64,000 bases of DNA from Dehalococcoidia bacterium. Its GTDB lineage: Bacteria; Chloroflexota; Dehalococcoidia; Lucifugimonadales; GCA-2712585. Under the pieces are notes generated by a model. The model saw only the letters and a list, made by a program, of their open reading frames with translations, did no database searches and was not told the DNA's origin. The position numbers and the translations under genes were made by a program. Where the stretch lies: contig CBDBNU010000002.1 in NCBI GenBank assembly GCA_965207845.1, positions 720,323 to 784,322 of the forward strand, written 5' to 3'. Positions 61,029-64,000 of this stretch are shown one piece after another. The stretch's first letter is position 1. Each line of letters begins with the position of its first letter.

Positions 61029-61889
61029 ATGGCAGAATTCCTTACTACGTCCGGCGTATCGGACTGGCTTGAGAGAATAATAAAAGAAGCCAATAGTCGG
61101 TTAATACTAATCAGCCCTTATCTCCAAGTGAACCCGAAGATCAAAAAGCTTTTGCAAGCCAAGAACCATGAAATCCAAACCATGGAGGAGTCGCGTTTTT
61201 CTAAAGCAATTTCGATTTTCAAGGGCGGAGATACTACATCGAAAATGCAAGTCCAAATCATTCATCGGAGAGACGCAGTTAGGGCTAATGAAATATCTTG
61301 GTTGCAAGATCTCAGTTCAATAGAAGCCATATCATTGGAAAACTTGCACGCCAAATGCTACCTGAACGAGAACCATGCACTAATTACCTCAATGAATCTA
61401 TATCAACACTCGCAAGTACATAACTATGAGATGGGCATCTTGGCAACCCGGAGCGGAGGCTGGGGCGATGGTGGTAGTGAACTCTACAAAGCAATAGTGA
61501 AACATGCCGAGGAATTGATTACGCATGCCAAGATGGAAAATCCAATAGTCGGCCCAGTTAGGCCATCCCCTGAATCTCAAGCAAACAGTGTGACCGTGTC
61601 AGCAGAGTCTAACGCTCCAAAGCGTTCCGTTGGCCGCAACAGAAAAGCGTCCACAGCAACTCTGGAACGTCCATCAACCGGCTACTGCATCCGTTGCGGC
61701 GAGTCAATCCCAGAGTCCGCAGAATCCAAGCCGTTCTGCGCGAAAGACTGGCGCACGTGGAACCGGTTCAAGAGAGATGATTTTGCAGAGAAATTCTGCC
61801 ATTTCTGCGGTCAACCGTCCGAGACCTCGAAAGGCAAGCCGCTCTGCTTGGACTGCTTCCGCAAGTTTAAGAGCATTCTGAATTTCTAA
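61029..61889 (+). CDS. PLD/HKD-superfamily (Nuc-like) protein with a C-terminal double zinc ribbon
   Basis: A single HKD-type motif LHAKCYLNENHALITSMN (HxK-x4-[D/E]-x6-[G/T]SxN). The C-terminus has CIRCG-x13-C and CHFCG-x11-CLDC. The gene is clearly A+T-richer than its neighbours. GGAGAAATC RBS. Confidence 0.7.
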   Translation: MAEFLTTSGVSDWLERIIKEANSRLILISPYLQVNPKIKKLLQAKNHEIQTMEESRFSKAISIFKGGDTTSKMQVQIIHRRDAVRANEISWLQDLSSIEAISLENLHAKCYLNENHALITSMNLYQHSQVHNYEMGILATRSGGWGDGGSELYKAIVKHAEELITHAKMENPIVGPVRPSPESQANSVTVSAESNAPKRSVGRNRKASTATLERPSTGYCIRCGESIPESAESKPFCAKDWRTWNRFKRDDFAEKFCHFCGQPSETSKGKPLCLDCFRKFKSILNF

Positions 61890-61911
61890 GCCTGTCCCTC
61901 GTCTCCCCCTT

Positions 61912-61960
61912 GTGACACGTTTGACGTGCCAACCCGCCCCTTCTCCCCTATAATAGCCCC
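61912..61960 (+). repeat. 49-bp direct repeat, right copy
   Basis: gtgacacgtttgacgtgccaaccCgccccttctcccctataatagcccc, 967 bp from the left copy. Confidence 0.85.
61926..61954 (+). promoter_or_regulatory. Candidate promoter inside the right repeat (drives the hydantoinase gene)
   Basis: TATAAT at 61949-61954, 34 nt upstream of the ATG at 61988. Confidence 0.4.
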
Positions 61961-61987
61961 CACATCATGAACCACGGGAGGCGCACT

Positions 61988-63406
61988 ATGGCAGACATTC
62001 GAGTGGACACAATCATTGCAGGCGGTAAGGTCGTCACCTCCTCCGACGTTTTCGACGCCGCCATTGCCATTTCAGGCGACAAGATTGCCGCCATCGGCCC
62101 CGAGCATCTCCTCCCACCCGCCGACCGCTACATCGACGCCTCTGGCAAGTTCATCCTTCCCGGCCTTATCGATTGCCACGTCCACCTCGACCGCTGCGAC
62201 TCCTACGAGCTTGGCTCCGTCGCCGCCGCCCACTCCGGTCTCACCACCCTGCTGCCCTTCGGCACCTACGACGTCGAAGCCGAAGAGACCCTCCCTTCCG
62301 CAATCAATCGACATCGCGAAGAAATCGAATCAACCGCCGTCGTCGATTTCGCCTTCCACTACATCTTGAACAACCGACCCTACATCCTGAAGAGCCTCCC
62401 CCAGGCCCTCGAAATGGGCGTCACCTCGTTCAAGATGTTCATGTCCTACAAGAAGAACCAGGTCCGCATGTGCACCGACGACTTTATCTGCCAGGTCATG
62501 GAGACCGTGTCCAAGGCCGGTGGCATCGTCCAGCTTCACTGCGAAAGCGGGAACATCATCGACTACCTGGAAAATCAGCTCATCGACCAGGGCTGCGTCC
62601 ACCCCACCGATTTCCCCTCCGCCTGTCCCGACTGGGCCGAAGAAGAAGCAATCAACCGCGCCATCAAGATGGGCGGCGTCACCAACTGCCCCGTCTACGT
62701 CGTCCACCTAAGCACCCACGTCGGCATGGAGCGGATCAAGCAGGCTCAGGCCGAGGGACAGCGTGTCTGGACCGAGACCTGTCCCCAGTACCTCCTCCTG
62801 TCCGACGAGGAGATGGCCAAGGTGGGACCCCTCGCCAAAATCGGCCCGCCCCTTCGTCCCAAGGACGGCCCCGACCAGCCCGCCATGTGGAAGGGACTGG
62901 AGCTTGGCTACATCTCCACCCTCGGCAGCGACCACGCCCCTCACTTCAAACACCTCAAGGCCCCCGGCTGGAAAAACATTTTCGTAAACCCGGATGGTAG
63001 CCCCGTCCCCTTCGGCTCTCCCGGCGTCGAGACCATCGCCCCCCTTGCCTTCAGCGAAGGCGTCCTGGGACGGGACCTCCCCGTCACCTGGCTCGCCCGC
63101 ATCATGTCGGAAAACCCCGCCCGCATCTTCGGCATCTACCCTGAGAAGGGTTCCCTCCAGGTGGGCACCGACGCCGACATCACGATTCTCGACCCCGAGG
63201 GCGAAACCATAGTCCGCGCGGAGGACCATCACGGCAACTCCGGCTTCACCCTCTACGAGGGCTGGAAGGTGAACGGCAAGCCGTGGATGACATTCCTTCG
63301 AGGTCAGGTCCTCTTTAACCAGGGTCGTCTCGAGCAGAAACCCGGCTACGGACGCTTCCTCAAAAGCGGCAGCCCCACTCCGCCCCTTGGCGGCCCCGTC
63401 CGCTAA
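61988..63406 (+). CDS. Dihydropyrimidinase/hydantoinase-type cyclic amidohydrolase
   Basis: Start at the ATG at 61988 (GGGAGG upstream). GLIDCHVHL (HxH), FKMFMSYK (carboxylated-Lys region), VQLHCE, VYVVHLS, GSDHAP. Confidence 0.85.
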   Translation: MADIRVDTIIAGGKVVTSSDVFDAAIAISGDKIAAIGPEHLLPPADRYIDASGKFILPGLIDCHVHLDRCDSYELGSVAAAHSGLTTLLPFGTYDVEAEETLPSAINRHREEIESTAVVDFAFHYILNNRPYILKSLPQALEMGVTSFKMFMSYKKNQVRMCTDDFICQVMETVSKAGGIVQLHCESGNIIDYLENQLIDQGCVHPTDFPSACPDWAEEEAINRAIKMGGVTNCPVYVVHLSTHVGMERIKQAQAEGQRVWTETCPQYLLLSDEEMAKVGPLAKIGPPLRPKDGPDQPAMWKGLELGYISTLGSDHAPHFKHLKAPGWKNIFVNPDGSPVPFGSPGVETIAPLAFSEGVLGRDLPVTWLARIMSENPARIFGIYPEKGSLQVGTDADITILDPEGETIVRAEDHHGNSGFTLYEGWKVNGKPWMTFLRGQVLFNQGRLEQKPGYGRFLKSGSPTPPLGGPVR

Positions 63407-63417
63407 CTGCTCACTGC
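63355..63417 (+). repeat. About 63-bp direct repeat, left copy (the last 16 codons and stop of the hydantoinase gene)
   Basis: cttcctcaaaagcggcagccccactccgCCCCtTggcggccccgtccgctaactgctcactg. It recurs exactly 480 bp downstream with about 5 mismatches. Confidence 0.85.
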
Positions 63418-63482
63418 AACTGTTGCACTGAGAAGCCAGCGTGCGATACAATTGTTTTGCAATTGTAAAGGAGCGTGGGTTT

Positions 63483-63668
63483 ATGGCGACTGTTGAGGAA
63501 CGGCTGAGTAGACTGGAAGGGGCTTACGAGCACTTGGCTACCAAATCGGACATAGCCAACCTGGACGTCAAGATTGCGACTCTCAAGGCTGATCTCATCA
63601 AGTGGATGGTCGGTACACTGCTGGTCGGTATCGTCGCCACGGCAACCATCGTCAGAACCATAAGTTAG
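63483..63668 (+). CDS. Small coiled-coil protein with a C-terminal TM anchor (DUF1640-like, hypothetical)
   Basis: Start at the ATG at 63483 (AAGGAG upstream). MATVEERLSRLEGAYEHLATKSDIANLDVKIATLKADLIKWMVGTLLVGIVATATIV. An 8-bp inverted repeat TACAATTG/CAATTGTA lies at 63447-63467, just upstream. Confidence 0.5.
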   Translation: MATVEERLSRLEGAYEHLATKSDIANLDVKIATLKADLIKWMVGTLLVGIVATATIVRTIS

Positions 63669-63698
63669 AAACTGAGTATTCACTGAATCCGACAACGG

Positions 63699-63725
63699 CG
63701 GGCCAATTGGCCCGTCATTCCTTTC
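63699..63725 (+). terminator. Candidate terminator hairpin after the small gene
   Basis: CGGGCC AATT GGCCCG (63699-63714) followed by tcattcctttcc. Confidence 0.4.
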
Positions 63726-63834
63726 CTGATATCTCTCCGACGGTGAAAGGGAACTCACGTGAAATGGCAAGAATTCTGGTCAAAGACCGCTTCATTGACA
63801 AGACCAGGTCAGGAAGGGTTCGAGGGCTCCTAGC

Positions 63835-63897
63835 CTTCCTCAAAAGCGGCAGCCCCACTCCGACTCTCGGCGGCCCCGTCCGCTAACTGCTCACTGG
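63835..63897 (+). repeat. About 63-bp direct repeat, right copy
   Basis: cttcctcaaaagcggcagccccactccgACTCtCggcggccccgtccgctaactgctcactg. Weaker similarity continues for about 10 nt. Confidence 0.85.
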
Positions 63898-64000
63898 AAA
63901 TGTTGACAGCCGGCAGGCAAAACTGGGAAAATCCCGTGAGTCTCTTTTGAGATTCAATCGCAATCTTTGGCTCATCGGCTGAAACACTGTGACGGCCGTT

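Noticed and set aside
63602-63886. The 94-aa ORF at the right end
   Set aside because: Its C-terminus is the duplicated hydantoinase tail and its N-terminus overlaps the small TM-protein gene out of frame. It is an artefact of the direct repeat.

Overview
High-G+C (judged by eye, about 60 percent, not computed), gene-dense bacterial window. I call about 66 protein-coding genes and one tRNA. I found no rRNA, no CRISPR array and no transposase or integrase.

The backbone is housekeeping genes (glyQS, folP/folK, pyrD, pgi, an acyl-CoA carboxyltransferase) plus a heavy load of catabolic paralogues: amidohydrolases, amidases, SDRs, an LLM/F420-type oxidoreductase, a crotonase, an acyl-CoA ligase, a ThDP enzyme and a hydantoinase. 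With GGAGG ribosome-binding sites and a Tat-less reductive dehalogenase homologue, this suggests a marine Chloroflexota/Dehalococcoidia (SAR202-like) genome. That assignment is inference only.

Several accessory patches are embedded in the backbone:
1. A toxin-antitoxin and defence patch at 21.9-25.5 kb. It includes a Shedu-like DUF4263 nuclease gene split by a frameshift at a (TC)6 tract.
2. An rdhA islet lying between tRNA-Met(CAT) and a 27-nt copy of that tRNA's 3' end.
3. A mosaic tandem duplication at 49.3-55.7 kb. It carries two diverged lipoproteins (Pro/Thr linker, peptidase-MA-like core, plant-type LRRs), one with HExxH intact and one with it degenerate. The duplication created a chimeric ThDP-enzyme::VapC ORF at a CCACC microhomology junction.
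4. A cytoplasmic 453-aa protein made almost entirely of nested 22/88-residue repeats.
5. An A+T-richer PLD/HKD-nuclease plus zinc-ribbon gene cassette bracketed by 49-bp direct repeats that duplicate a promoter-like sequence.
6. A second cassette bracketed by about 63-bp repeats at the other end of the hydantoinase gene.
7. Small hairpin elements inserted exactly at stop/start gene junctions, each duplicating the downstream start codon.

Three dispersed REP-like repeat families and a 750-bp non-coding region with a diverged structured repeat are also present.

Limits: CDS coordinates come from the supplied ORF track, with starts re-picked by counting residues. Coordinates of RNAs, repeats and motifs were hand-counted and may be off by 1-2 nt. 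All family assignments come from motif recognition, not from searches.
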